Origin: a virus
Taxonomy: Duplodnaviria > Caudoviricetes
Direction: 5' to 3' (one strand)
Length of the DNA stretch: 64,000 nt
IMG/VR virus record: IMGVR_UViG_3300008954_000001
The position numbers were made by a program, and so were the translations under genes. Shown here piece by piece: positions 55,763-64,000 of the stretch (positions are counted from its first letter, which is position 1; each line of letters opens with the position of its first letter). The notes below the pieces were generated by a model. The model was not told the origin of the DNA. It searched no databases and saw only the letters and a program-made list of their open reading frames with translations.

Positions 55763-56445
55763 TGGATATCGAGCCTAAAGGTCTGGTTTAAGCGTAGAAG
55801 TAGAACTTTGAGCGTAAAAGTTTGGGCGTAGCATTAGTTAGAGTAAGAGTAGTGATAGTAGGTATTGGTTTAGTAGTAAGTTCGGTTTTGGTTTTGGTTC
55901 AAAGTCTTTGGTTTCTGGTGTTGATGATTGCAGATCCTATGTCTCTTCCTGAATACTTAATTAGAGTCTTCAGTTTAATCGCAACAGGGAGCCTCCTTTC
56001 GGAATGCCACCTCCCTCGGAACAACATAGGATAGAGGGTTTCTATACTCTCCCTCCGAGATCCCTCAATCCGAAGATGCTGTAGGGAACCCTGAGCCGTC
56101 ACTGTTCGGTGGTTTAGCCAATCCCACGAGGGTTTCCCCCCCAAAGTGCTTCGAGAAATGTCCGATGGCTGGCTATTTCTCTCAATCCCGATGGTTGATG
56201 CTCTCTTTTTTGAGATTTCTTGCAACGGGCGTGACCTCTGCTGGCCTGTCAATGACAGGACTGAACAATGAGGATGCTTCTACCCGCCTTCATCAGATTT
56301 CGCAAGAAGGTTGATGGTGAACTTTTTGAGAAAGTAGGTTCAACCAATCTTATCGGGTAGTTATGGAACCACACCCCTAAACGCCCTATGTGGGCTGGTT
56401 CGGTGGGTATCCTATGAGACTCCCCAATTGTGTAGAGGTGACGAC
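55763..56445. other. Non-coding divergence region with a strongly G/T-skewed tract (candidate origin/control region)
   Basis: No convincing ORF. In 55801-55920 I count 37 G versus 8 C. Four (AT)CCTATG copies. Confidence 0.45.
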
Positions 56446-56616
56446 ATGCCACAGCCAGAAGAAACTGAAACAAAAAAGACCGACACCAAGAATAACGCCC
56501 CGGAGGATTTCGGCGGGCAGCAACTTGTTCTTCCCTTTATGAAGGACCACCTGCCCCGTAAGCCTGTGGATAAGAAATCAGGGCAAAGTGAAGAAACTGA
56601 TGGGCGAGCTTATTGA
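56446..56616 (+). CDS. Small hypothetical protein
   Basis: ATG 56446 with GAGGTG RBS. Confidence 0.5.
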   Translation: MPQPEETETKKTDTKNNAPEDFGGQQLVLPFMKDHLPRKPVDKKSGQSEETDGRAY

Positions 56617-56830
56617 TCTCAGAGAAGAACTCTATTTACGCCTACTTGCACGGCGTTTGGTAGAGGACTTGTGCGTTCCCCCCGAAACAGTCGAGGAGAT
56701 GGGTGGGGTCGTTGATTTCGCTGTCGCATTAATGCGGCGAGTGGATGACCTTCCTGAAGGGAACGGCGAAAGCATCTGCGATGATCACCCTGAGTTGTTT
56801 GAACTGCTTCGGAAAAGGGCCGCAGGATAA
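56588..56830 (+). CDS. Hypothetical protein
   Basis: 80-aa helical ORF coupled to neighbours. Confidence 0.5.
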   Translation: MKKLMGELIDLREELYLRLLARRLVEDLCVPPETVEEMGGVVDFAVALMRRVDDLPEGNGESICDDHPELFELLRKRAAG

Positions 56831-57033
56831 TGAAAACAATACTACTCTTGATCCCTACCCTCTTGATCCTCTCTTGTGTTGAGATGGCACCAACCCCCGA
56901 TGTTTCGGATGCTGGCGATATTAGAGAGGAAGAAACCCATTGGAGCGTTCTCTATATCCGAGATCACTGCTCCCGTTGCCCTGATTGCTGTGTGGTCATC
57001 GATGAAGATGATGACGGCTTGGTAGATCGGTAG
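56830..57033 (+). CDS. Putative small lipoprotein with Cys cluster
   Basis: MKTILLLIPTLLILSC is signal/lipobox-like; later HCSRCPDCC. Confidence 0.5.
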   Translation: MKTILLLIPTLLILSCVEMAPTPDVSDAGDIREEETHWSVLYIRDHCSRCPDCCVVIDEDDDGLVDR

Positions 57034-57144
57034 GCAACTTCGACCTCCCGCCCGTTGACCTTCACGGTACGGGAATGCTTGATAGGTTTTGAAACCTTGA
57101 CGTTAGGGGAAGGTTTGACAAGGCTCGGCTTGTCAAGGCACGGC

Positions 57145-57396
57145 TCATCCATCTTTAGCCTTGCCCTTCTTCTTACCCTTCTTTTCAGCCTTGGCCTTCT
57201 TTTCAGGCTTTTCAGCCTTGGCCTTCGGCTTGGCATCCGCAATCCGCTTGGCGAGCTTGGCCCGTTCCTTAACGGCCCCCTTACCCTCACCGAACATTTG
57301 ATCCAAACGAGCAATCTGCTGTTCGGGGGTGCGCTTGGCCCGTTCTTCGGCCAGAGCTTCAGCCCGCTTCCGCCGTTCGTCTCGTGCTACTGACAT
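57145..57396 (-). CDS. Small basic protein with K/A-rich (histone-H1-like) tail
   Basis: RTPEQQIARLDQMFG...KERAKL core, then KPKAKAEKPEKKAKAEKKGKKKGKAK. AAGG RBS. Confidence 0.65.
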   Translation of the reverse strand: MSVARDERRKRAEALAEERAKRTPEQQIARLDQMFGEGKGAVKERAKLAKRIADAKPKAKAEKPEKKAKAEKKGKKKGKAKDG

Positions 57397-57397
57397 A

Positions 57398-57613
57398 TTA
57401 TGCCGCCTTGAGTTCTAAATGGTTGCCGTTTTCATCAAGCAAGTGGGCGGGTTCATGCCCAACTTCTTTTAGAATGTCCAAAACTTCTTCAAGAGTGTAC
57501 CCCTCAGGGATCGGAACTCGGCTACCGTCTTTTAGAACTACAGTCATCGGGATTGAGTATCCTTTGGAAGCCAAAGGCTTTCGGGTGGTGTAGGGGCATG
57601 GTTTTCTTCGCAA
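57398..57613 (-). CDS. Small hypothetical protein (start uncertain)
   Basis: MTVVLKDGSRVPIPEGYTLEEVL core; 1 nt from the next gene. Confidence 0.45.
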   Translation of the reverse strand: MRRKPCPYTTRKPLASKGYSIPMTVVLKDGSRVPIPEGYTLEEVLDILKEVGHEPAHLLDENGNHLELKAA

Positions 57614-57707
57614 CCCGCTGCGTCAAAAGCCCACATCATAGAGAGGACTATGCCGAAGACCACAAGGATCTCCAGCATAGCCCCACTAAACAGGTACTTG
57701 ATTACGT

Positions 57708-59171
57708 TCAATCGAGCCAACTTGGAAGATCCTCTTCCACTAAGATCATGGCGACCTTCGCCCCAACCTTTGTACAGCCCTGATAGAAAGCATCCGAGTA
57801 ATGGGAGTCCCCATACTTGTGAGCGAACTCATGGATGCAAATGTCGAGGTACTGCTGAAAACCTGCACGGGTTTCAACAGCGGCATCGATCCACCGCTTC
57901 CCTAAAGAACGCTTGTTGAAAGCGAGGCCGCTTCCGTAAACGGCTTGATGCCCACGAGGGTCATTATGCCATTTCACTGTGATGGGGCTTCCGTGGACCT
58001 TCTCATGGAGCCACGAAGCGTACTGCGCCAGCGTAGCCATGTTGGGAGTCCACTTCTCTTTCGGGATGTTCACATTAGGCCCATCGCCATACTTGACGGT
58101 TGCCTCTGGAAACAAATCCGTAGCGGTTGGGACATTGACCGACGCATCGATATTTCCCCACGCAGCCTTGGTGTGGTTACCCCCGTAAACCACTTTCATT
58201 CCAGCGGCGGTTGCGGCTGCGGATGACTCAGGTTCACTTGGGTTATGCTTCACAGCATCCTTGCCGTGCTTCGCAACGAAAAGCGTCTGTGTGGCTGTAG
58301 GGTTCGTTGTCTCCATAGCCTTGTTGACCCACGACTCCTTCACTTCTTCGGGAGTCAGGTCTGAAGCTGACAGGTTGCCTACGATGGTCAGAATCTTACG
58401 GAGGTAAGCAGGGGTCACTGAATCTCGCTTGTAGTTCAGCGGCACCTTCTGATGCACATTGACATGATACGGGGTCGGGTTCTCTACGATGGGGATACCC
58501 ATTTCGTAGATCATCGAGGTATCCCCGCTCTCCGCCCTGTGTAGCTCTACAAGGGCCTTTCGAGCCGAGTGGGTAAGTTCCCCCTCATCGTTCGCAATCA
58601 CCGTAGGAAGCGACTCTGTGACCTTTGCATAGGGCTTCTGAACCGTAAGCTCAGTACCATTGACGAAAGTCGGGAAGTCATGTGGCGGGAGGAACCCGTC
58701 AATGCTTTCAACCATGCCAGTGATGACTTGCTTTGAGGCTCGGAAAGTACAAGTGATCTGTGACCCCTTGTTCGTAGTCCGACGCAACTTGGTTCGACCC
58801 TTCGCCTTAGAGAAGTGGTAGCCCCCACTGGTGGTGAGGATTTCGACCTCTCCACCTGTTTCCACACAATAGGCGATGACTTGTTTCTCGCCCATATTGA
58901 ATCGACCTCGCAAGGTCGGGTCCACCTTCTTGCCGCTTTCGGCAAAGAGGGTGAAGCTATGCGACAGGTCTGCAAACCCGTCAGGATCGTCATCTGTGAT
59001 GACGATCTTACCTCGGCCATGTCCCACCGACTCGATGGTCATGCGAACCTCGGTTACGTTTTGGTCCCATGCGTTTTGTAAAAGCTCACGGGGAATCCAA
59101 TCGATTCCATTTTCGGACAGGAGTTTACTAAACCCCTTTGTGTCCACCTTCAAAATTTCTGTTGTACTCAT
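57708..59171 (-). CDS. GHKL (Hsp90/MORC-like) ATPase fused to a C-terminal HExxH metalloprotease-like domain
   Basis: RELLQNAWD (N box), DDDPDG (G1-like), GRFNMGEK (G2-like), KGSQI (G3-like); C-terminal CIHEFAH...SH. Confidence 0.7.
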   Translation of the reverse strand: MSTTEILKVDTKGFSKLLSENGIDWIPRELLQNAWDQNVTEVRMTIESVGHGRGKIVITDDDPDGFADLSHSFTLFAESGKKVDPTLRGRFNMGEKQVIAYCVETGGEVEILTTSGGYHFSKAKGRTKLRRTTNKGSQITCTFRASKQVITGMVESIDGFLPPHDFPTFVNGTELTVQKPYAKVTESLPTVIANDEGELTHSARKALVELHRAESGDTSMIYEMGIPIVENPTPYHVNVHQKVPLNYKRDSVTPAYLRKILTIVGNLSASDLTPEEVKESWVNKAMETTNPTATQTLFVAKHGKDAVKHNPSEPESSAAATAAGMKVVYGGNHTKAAWGNIDASVNVPTATDLFPEATVKYGDGPNVNIPKEKWTPNMATLAQYASWLHEKVHGSPITVKWHNDPRGHQAVYGSGLAFNKRSLGKRWIDAAVETRAGFQQYLDICIHEFAHKYGDSHYSDAFYQGCTKVGAKVAMILVEEDLPSWLD

Positions 59172-59200
59172 TCTATTCTTGTTTCCTTTTTCCTTTGGGC

Positions 59201-59389
59201 CTACGGCCTCTTTGTTAGTGGAGGCGGTATTGCCTCCTTTGCACTATCGGGGGGGTTTGGAATCGGCCCCCCCTTCATTTCAACCTTATGGGTGGAAAGG
59301 ACTGTTCCTTCACGGATCATGTCCTTCGCCTTGCGGTTACGCTTCTTGCGTTGCTTCGACTTGATGGACTTCTTCTTCGACTTGGCCAT
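59201..59389 (-). CDS. Small Lys/Arg-rich protein
   Basis: MAKSKKKSIKSKQRKKRNRKAK; GGAGA/GAGA RBS-like sequence upstream. Confidence 0.45.
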   Translation of the reverse strand: MAKSKKKSIKSKQRKKRNRKAKDMIREGTVLSTHKVEMKGGPIPNPPDSAKEAIPPPLTKRP

Positions 59390-59390
59390 C

Positions 59391-59651
59391 TTAGAGGTCT
59401 CTCCCTTGGTAATGGTGAGCTACGATCTCAGTGCAGTCAGCCCAACATTGTTCGGCTGGCAAGTTACGGGAGGAGGGAACGCCAAGTTCGGCCTCACAAC
59501 CACTGCTGATGTAGCACTCGTGGATGGCCCATAACTTTGCGTCACGCTCTGGCAAAGCAAACCCGACGTACCAAATGCCAGCGACCGCTATAGTGGCCAG
59601 CAAAACAACTCCGCAAACTCGATCAACTAATGTGTCTGATTCATCAAACAT
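59391..59651 (-). CDS. Small single-pass membrane protein with Cys-containing C-terminal domain
   Basis: Hydrophobic VCGVVLLATIAVAGIWYVGFAL; GAGGG RBS. Confidence 0.55.
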   Translation of the reverse strand: MFDESDTLVDRVCGVVLLATIAVAGIWYVGFALPERDAKLWAIHECYISSGCEAELGVPSSRNLPAEQCWADCTEIVAHHYQGRDL

Positions 59652-59726
59652 GGTTCCCTCTTTTCGTAATACTAACGATACCCCTTTGAGGGCACCTTAT
59701 GGCCGTTTTATCGGCCAGCCAACAAA

Positions 59727-59972
59727 TCAGCCCCCCTTGCTCTGAGGGCTGTGTGGAACATCGTGTTCTTCGACCTCGAAACTCGTGTAGCCTTTTAGGA
59801 CTGAACGAGCGTGGAAGCCTTCTCGACTCTTGAGCGACCACGAATGGGCGTAGTCGCAAGCCTCTTTCTCGGACTTGAAGAAGGCCACCAGATCCCGATG
59901 GTAGATGGTCTCGAAACCTCGGTCCCAACCCAATCGAAGGTGCTCCGTTCTCAACCCGTATAGGCCAAACAT
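59727..59972 (-). CDS. Hypothetical protein
   Basis: Probable start ATG 59972 (MFGLYG). Confidence 0.4.
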   Translation of the reverse strand: MFGLYGLRTEHLRLGWDRGFETIYHRDLVAFFKSEKEACDYAHSWSLKSREGFHARSVLKGYTSFEVEEHDVPHSPQSKGG

Positions 59973-59998
59973 ATTTACCTGCTTTGTCGTGGGACATA

Positions 59999-60415
59999 TT
60001 ATTGAAGCCTGAAAGCGTAGTTGTCTTTCGTGCCGTAGCACCCGTGAGCGTCATTTGGCTCGTCGCAATGTGGGTCGTTGTCATCGGTCAAAACCGAGAA
60101 GGAGAAGTGCTGTGCAAGAAAAGCGTCCACCTGTGCCATCGCTTCTTCTTTAGTGTTTTCGATCCCGCTGGTGGAGTGACCCTGACCTTGAGGACAACTT
60201 CGGTAGCCCCATCCATCAGTTCCCCCGTGTGAGTCACCGAAGCCACCCAACCATGAGGACACAAGTGCAACCTGTGTTCCCAAACCGTTAACTCGAATAA
60301 ATCGAGGGGGGTGGGAGGAGTCTGGCGACCATGGAAGGATCACTTTGTTCAAGACCTCTTGGGCTTCACGAATGGAAGCGGCATCTTCAGTATCGATTGT
60401 CAGATTCGGTTTCAT
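59999..60415 (-). CDS. Hypothetical protein (138 aa)
   Basis: ATG with GAGG RBS, in a run of small leftward genes. Confidence 0.55.
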   Translation of the reverse strand: MKPNLTIDTEDAASIREAQEVLNKVILPWSPDSSHPPRFIRVNGLGTQVALVSSWLGGFGDSHGGTDGWGYRSCPQGQGHSTSGIENTKEEAMAQVDAFLAQHFSFSVLTDDNDPHCDEPNDAHGCYGTKDNYAFRLQ

Positions 60416-60418
60416 TTT

Positions 60419-60598
60419 CTACCTCATTCCGTAGCGGCGTAATTTGCCATTTGCACTTTGGTTGTCTTGTTCCATGTTTTGGAGGATTCGGAAGAGTCGC
60501 TCTTTCGCCTCTGGCGATAGCTTCTCCAAAAGCTCCATGACCAAGGGGCCGTTCTGCCCCCGCTGTCTCAACAGTATCGCTTGTAGGTGTCTGTCCAT
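60419..60598 (-). CDS. Small hypothetical protein (59 aa); not in the ORF track
   Basis: MDRHLQAILLRQRG...RRYGMR*, ending 3 nt before the next gene's start. Confidence 0.45.
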   Translation of the reverse strand: MDRHLQAILLRQRGQNGPLVMELLEKLSPEAKERLFRILQNMEQDNQSANGKLRRYGMR

Positions 60599-60688
60599 GT
60601 TCAGTTTACCGATTAGTAAGCTAAACAGCCCCCTCTAATTAAAAGGTAGTAAGGGGGGCCGATTCGACAGCCGAACGGTAGCCTCCAT

Positions 60689-60940
60689 ATGAGCGATACT
60701 AACGACATTCGATTTGACTGCCCCAACTGTGGAAAGGGCTTCGGCATCCCCGGCATCAGCGACATTGCTGAATGTGAGGGTGCCACCTGTGATTGCCCCA
60801 ACTGTGGCGATCTGCTCCTTTTCGCAGACGGCAAGATCGTGGACTTCCACGCCCACCTCAATGCCAGCGACCCCCGTTGGCCCGCTGATGGTGCTGGCAC
60901 TGGAGTCATCAACATTTCATGTGAAGGGGGGGCTAATTGA
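60689..60940 (+). CDS. Small zinc-ribbon protein
   Basis: CPNCG...CDCPNCG. Confidence 0.55.
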   Translation: MSDTNDIRFDCPNCGKGFGIPGISDIAECEGATCDCPNCGDLLLFADGKIVDFHAHLNASDPRWPADGAGTGVINISCEGGAN

Positions 60941-60994
60941 TAGCCCTGTCGGTAGTACGAACAGGAGCACAAAGCTCCGCTTAAACCGTGACTA

Positions 60995-61846
60995 ATGATA
61001 GTCCAAAGGAAAACTAAGATGTATGGAACAAACGCAAGCCCAGTAGCCGCTGCACTACACTTGAACAATGCGGATCACGCAGGGAAGTTGGAAAACCGCT
61101 TCCTTTCAGTTGCCGTCCAGAAGGCGGGACAACTTCGTGGCCCTAAAGGTGCCAAATACCGTGTTGGAGACGACAAGGTAGCTGCGGTCATTTTGGGTGG
61201 GGTCAACTACCTCAATCTCAAAACACGGGACAGAGCTATTCTGGTCGAGGCTTTGGCTAACGACCCTGATCTGTTCACGACTCTCGAAACGAAAGCCGCC
61301 GATGCTGGTTTGCTGGCTTGGAGTGGTCGAGGCAAGAACGCTACACAGGATGTGGCGATCACGGCCCAAGACTTCAAGGACGCTTACGAAGCCATCATGG
61401 AGTCTATCGACAAGACTCTGGCTGGCACCAACACTTCTACTTCGGCCCATGTGTATGAGCCTCTTGAAGTGGACGGTCGCAAGGTCAAGGGCTGTAAGGT
61501 CTATATCGGCAACGGTGGTGTAGATGCGGCTGAAGATAGCCGTACTCCCGAAGCAGGTTCGATCCATATCGCAGGGTTGCATATCGCAAGCCGAGTGGTT
61601 GAAGAAGCGGAACACCCGAAGCCCGCCACCAAAAGCGGTGGTAAGGCGATTGCCAAGAAGCGCATCGAATCGTGGTTCAAGCTCCCTTCCCGCCGCTATG
61701 TCCAATACCGTATCCCTGCGGGGGAACAGTGGCGGCTCAAGGTCGGTGGTCAGGCCGCACTTGCCATGACCGAACACGGTCTTGAGATCACGGCCAAGGA
61801 CGCTAACGAAGTTTTGGGCCTCACGGCTCTGGAAGATGCCGCATAA
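60995..61846 (+). CDS. Hypothetical protein (283 aa; start may be ATG 61020)
   Basis: Long A/K/G-rich ORF with strongly biased codons, followed by a GC-rich hairpin. Confidence 0.7.
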   Translation: MIVQRKTKMYGTNASPVAAALHLNNADHAGKLENRFLSVAVQKAGQLRGPKGAKYRVGDDKVAAVILGGVNYLNLKTRDRAILVEALANDPDLFTTLETKAADAGLLAWSGRGKNATQDVAITAQDFKDAYEAIMESIDKTLAGTNTSTSAHVYEPLEVDGRKVKGCKVYIGNGGVDAAEDSRTPEAGSIHIAGLHIASRVVEEAEHPKPATKSGGKAIAKKRIESWFKLPSRRYVQYRIPAGEQWRLKVGGQAALAMTEHGLEITAKDANEVLGLTALEDAA

Positions 61847-61858
61847 GGTCAACTAAAC

Positions 61859-61880
61859 GGGGGGCGGGAAACTGCCCCCC
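61859..61880 (+). terminator. GC-rich hairpin with GAAA loop (terminator-like, no U-tract)
   Basis: GGGGGGCGG-GAAA-CTGCCCCCC, 12 nt after a stop codon. Confidence 0.4.
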
Positions 61881-61919
61881 ACAGCCCCCAAACGGGGGGA
61901 ACGAGGATTATGGATTAAT

Positions 61920-62600
61920 ATGGGAACCGATATTCACTTGGGCGTTGAACGCCGTAATGGAAATGGAAAATGGGAAGAACTGTCAGAGGTCTTTCCAACA
62001 TGGGAACAGGTCAGGCTGGCTTATGAGAACCACGAAGCCCCTGAATCAATTACTCTCCTAAACGAGTACCCCCTTCATCGAAACTACGACTTGTTTGCGA
62101 TGCTGGCGGATGTTCGGAATGGGGTCGGATTTGGCGGGTCTGTTCGGTGTGACCCTGTGCGACCTTGCTTTCCCAATCGTGGGGTTCCCGAAGACACCTG
62201 CTTCCCTGTAAAGGACGAACACTGGCTCAACGGATACCACAGCTTTACTTGGTGTACCTACGACGAAGCCTTGAACGCTCCGTGGACACGAGAAGTGATT
62301 ACGGACGGGGTTCTCGCCTTCGATGAATGGGTCGATTGGAAAAAGTCTTCCAACACCGTACCGAGTTTTTGGAGTGGTGGTGTCGGGGGTGGCGGAACCC
62401 GCATGGTAACCGAAAAGGAAGCCGTGGAAATCCACAAGAGCGGAGAACCTACGGGGTTGATCTATGTCAAAGCCCGTTGGCGTTGGAAGCCCTTGGCCGA
62501 CTCATCTTTTCGACGGTGGTTGCTGTCCACCAAGTTTCAAGAAGCTGCCAACAAGTATGGCGGGGAGAACATTCGCATCTGTATCAGTTTTGATTCATAG
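61920..62600 (+). CDS. Phage hypothetical protein (MG[TC]DIH-type N-terminus)
   Basis: MGTDIH...RNYDLFAMLADVRN...HSFTW; GAGGA RBS. Confidence 0.7.
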   Translation: MGTDIHLGVERRNGNGKWEELSEVFPTWEQVRLAYENHEAPESITLLNEYPLHRNYDLFAMLADVRNGVGFGGSVRCDPVRPCFPNRGVPEDTCFPVKDEHWLNGYHSFTWCTYDEALNAPWTREVITDGVLAFDEWVDWKKSSNTVPSFWSGGVGGGGTRMVTEKEAVEIHKSGEPTGLIYVKARWRWKPLADSSFRRWLLSTKFQEAANKYGGENIRICISFDS

Positions 62601-62609
62601 GAGACTTCA

Positions 62610-63038
62610 ATGAACGACATCAAGAAAGCCATTGTCCTGAACTCAGAGGAACACTTTGAGCTTTTGAAGGAAATGGACGGGGAACGAGTTCGTGTCCATG
62701 TTTCCTTTATGAAGGATTACCAACACGAGTTTGGGCCACAGATCGCCGTTCATGGAAACTTGGACGGTCGAGTTTATGATGACCAACCCCTCTTTCGAGT
62801 CTTGTCTACAAACCCAAGCGACCGTGGCACCGACTACGCCTACTTTGGGCTTGAGGATATTCATGTCATCGCTGATCGCCGTCAAACCGAAAAAGGAACC
62901 TTTGACGGAGGGGCGATCCTTGCAATCTACTTGAAGGGTACGGCTACCCACCCCTATGCCGATAAGGTGATCGAAACCGTTAACACCGCCGCAAACCTAC
63001 GAGGGGGAGGGAAAAGCCGTTGGCCGATGAAGACGTAA
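62610..63038 (+). CDS. Hypothetical protein (142 aa)
   Basis: GGAGA RBS; operon-coupled. Confidence 0.6.
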   Translation: MNDIKKAIVLNSEEHFELLKEMDGERVRVHVSFMKDYQHEFGPQIAVHGNLDGRVYDDQPLFRVLSTNPSDRGTDYAYFGLEDIHVIADRRQTEKGTFDGGAILAIYLKGTATHPYADKVIETVNTAANLRGGGKSRWPMKT

Positions 63039-63511
63039 AACCAGCCAAAACCCCTCTCTTGATCCCTCGAATGAATGATCAAGAGCGAAAGGACTTCGTT
63101 CGGGATTGGCTTAAGAACCATATCTTTTCATCGTGCCATCTTCGGCCCCACGATGAAGGTATGTTGGGGCATGTTTTCTACCCCGTCCTATTCGGGGGAG
63201 TGCTTCCAGAGATTAGGGAGCCAGAGTTTCCCGAAGAGATACCTGAGGATATGGCCGTAGAAGATTTTGATCGTCTTCACGACAACCGAGAAACGATTTT
63301 AGAGAACTGGCGAAAGGCAAACGATCATCTTGAGCAACAATACAAACAACAGCTTGGACTAATTTGGGAGTATTGGGATAAGTCCCTACCACGATCCATC
63401 AACGGGTATCCTATCTTCATGTCGTGCAGAGTTATGCACATTGACGATTGGAACAGGATTTGGCCTGTAATCGAGAAAGAAGAAAAACGGATAGCTGATT
63501 TAGAGGTGTGA
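63020..63511 (+). CDS. Hypothetical protein (163 aa)
   Basis: GGGGGAGGG RBS-like sequence; operon-coupled. Confidence 0.6.
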   Translation: MADEDVKPAKTPLLIPRMNDQERKDFVRDWLKNHIFSSCHLRPHDEGMLGHVFYPVLFGGVLPEIREPEFPEEIPEDMAVEDFDRLHDNRETILENWRKANDHLEQQYKQQLGLIWEYWDKSLPRSINGYPIFMSCRVMHIDDWNRIWPVIEKEEKRIADLEV

Positions 63512-63524
63512 GGGGTGGCGAGGG

Positions 63525-64000
63525 ATGTATTTAGATCGACAAACAGCCCGTGAGCAAGCGTGGGCTATCCATGCCCTCGTTGAAAAGGGGCGGAAGTTCT
63601 TTAGAAATCTGCTTGGCAGAACTCCGCAAACCAAAACCGTTTTTCTTGATACCGAAACTACGGGCCTCAAGCCGGGGCCAGACAAAGCCGAGATTATTGA
63701 GATCGCCATGATCACCGAAACCACTGAGGGTTCGGTGGAGTATTGGTGCGTCAAGGTTGCCCCTCAACATATACATACGGCCCATCCCAAGGCCCTCGAA
63801 ATCAATGGCTATACGCCTAAAGCGTGGGAAGATGCTTGGTGTCCTACTACCGTGGCCCCACTCGTAGCTGAAAGGTTGGAGGGGGCCATTGTTGTTGGCC
63901 ATAATATCAAATTCGACCTTCGTTTTATTCAAGAGCTTTTTACCAGCACCAGCTACGAATCTGACCTTGATCATGTGGCCGAAATTGATACCCAAGACCT
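63525..64000 (+). CDS. DnaQ/epsilon-like DEDDh 3'-5' exonuclease, 3'-partial; not in the ORF track
   Basis: Frame open from ATG 63525 to the edge: VFLDTETTGL (Exo I), IIEIA, ALEING, VGHNIKFDLRF (Exo II). Confidence 0.88.
   Translation, partial: MYLDRQTAREQAWAIHALVEKGRKFFRNLLGRTPQTKTVFLDTETTGLKPGPDKAEIIEIAMITETTEGSVEYWCVKVAPQHIHTAHPKALEINGYTPKAWEDAWCPTTVAPLVAERLEGAIVVGHNIKFDLRFIQELFTSTSYESDLDHVAEIDTQD

Noticed and set aside
55822-56473. ORFs 55822-56034 (+), 55899-56252 (-) and 56249-56473 (-) as genes
   Set aside because: Non-ATG or weak starts, no RBS and no motifs. The hydrophobic look of the plus-strand ORF is explained by the G/T skew. They are not fully excluded.
59248-59275. G-run/C-run hairpin as a terminator
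   Set aside because: It lies within the 59201-59389 ORF (Gly/Pro codons) and has no clear U-tract.
1-64000. Alternative genetic code (stop-codon reassignment, known in some large phages)
   Set aside because: Conserved genes are full length in the standard code, and TAA, TAG and TGA all act as stops at gene junctions.
1-64000. tRNA, rRNA or tmRNA genes
   Set aside because: I found no convincing cloverleaf or T-loop (GTTCRANYC) context by eye despite the tRNA-modifying enzyme. A tRNAscan-SE/ARAGORN run would be needed to exclude them fully.

Overview
This 64-kb window is a segment of a large tailed dsDNA bacteriophage (Caudoviricetes; its gene content suggests a jumbo-type phage), not a cellular chromosome. 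Genes read cleanly in the standard code. From right to left on the minus strand there is first a replication/recombination block (~32.9-55.8 kb). It encodes class II ribonucleotide reductase NrdJ, clamp-loader subunits HolA/HolB/DnaX, beta clamp DnaN, a primase core, a RecD2-like helicase, a candidate SSB, RuvC, RecA, a Rad50/SbcC split into two genes plus Mre11/SbcD, a PD-(D/E)XK nuclease and an amino-DNA methyltransferase. A NusG-like and a sigma-like regulator follow. Next is a ~21-kb head module (~10.7-31.7 kb): terminase, portal, prohead protease, acidic scaffold, decoration protein, HK97-fold major capsid protein and many unknown head-associated proteins. A small divergent island (patatin, triple-HTH regulator with a tandem operator) precedes a 2316-aa Ig-repeat protein and a coiled-coil gene that runs off the left edge. 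Right of a ~0.7-kb non-coding divergence zone (possible origin) are small accessory genes, a GHKL-ATPase/metalloprotease fusion and a DnaQ-like exonuclease running off the right edge. The most interesting signal is in the head module. Many unrelated proteins share a short basic motif ([RK]-[VI]-[AV]-x-R-[WYH]-L) and recurrent K/R-x-A junctions. Two of them carry enzymes not expected in a head operon: a CCA-adding-type tRNA nucleotidyltransferase inside a 1258-aa apparent polyprotein, and a Dps/ferritin-like protein. My inference is a protease-processed capsid cargo-loading system. No tRNA, rRNA, CRISPR array, integrase, intein or intron could be supported. All family assignments are from motif recognition by eye; no searches were run.
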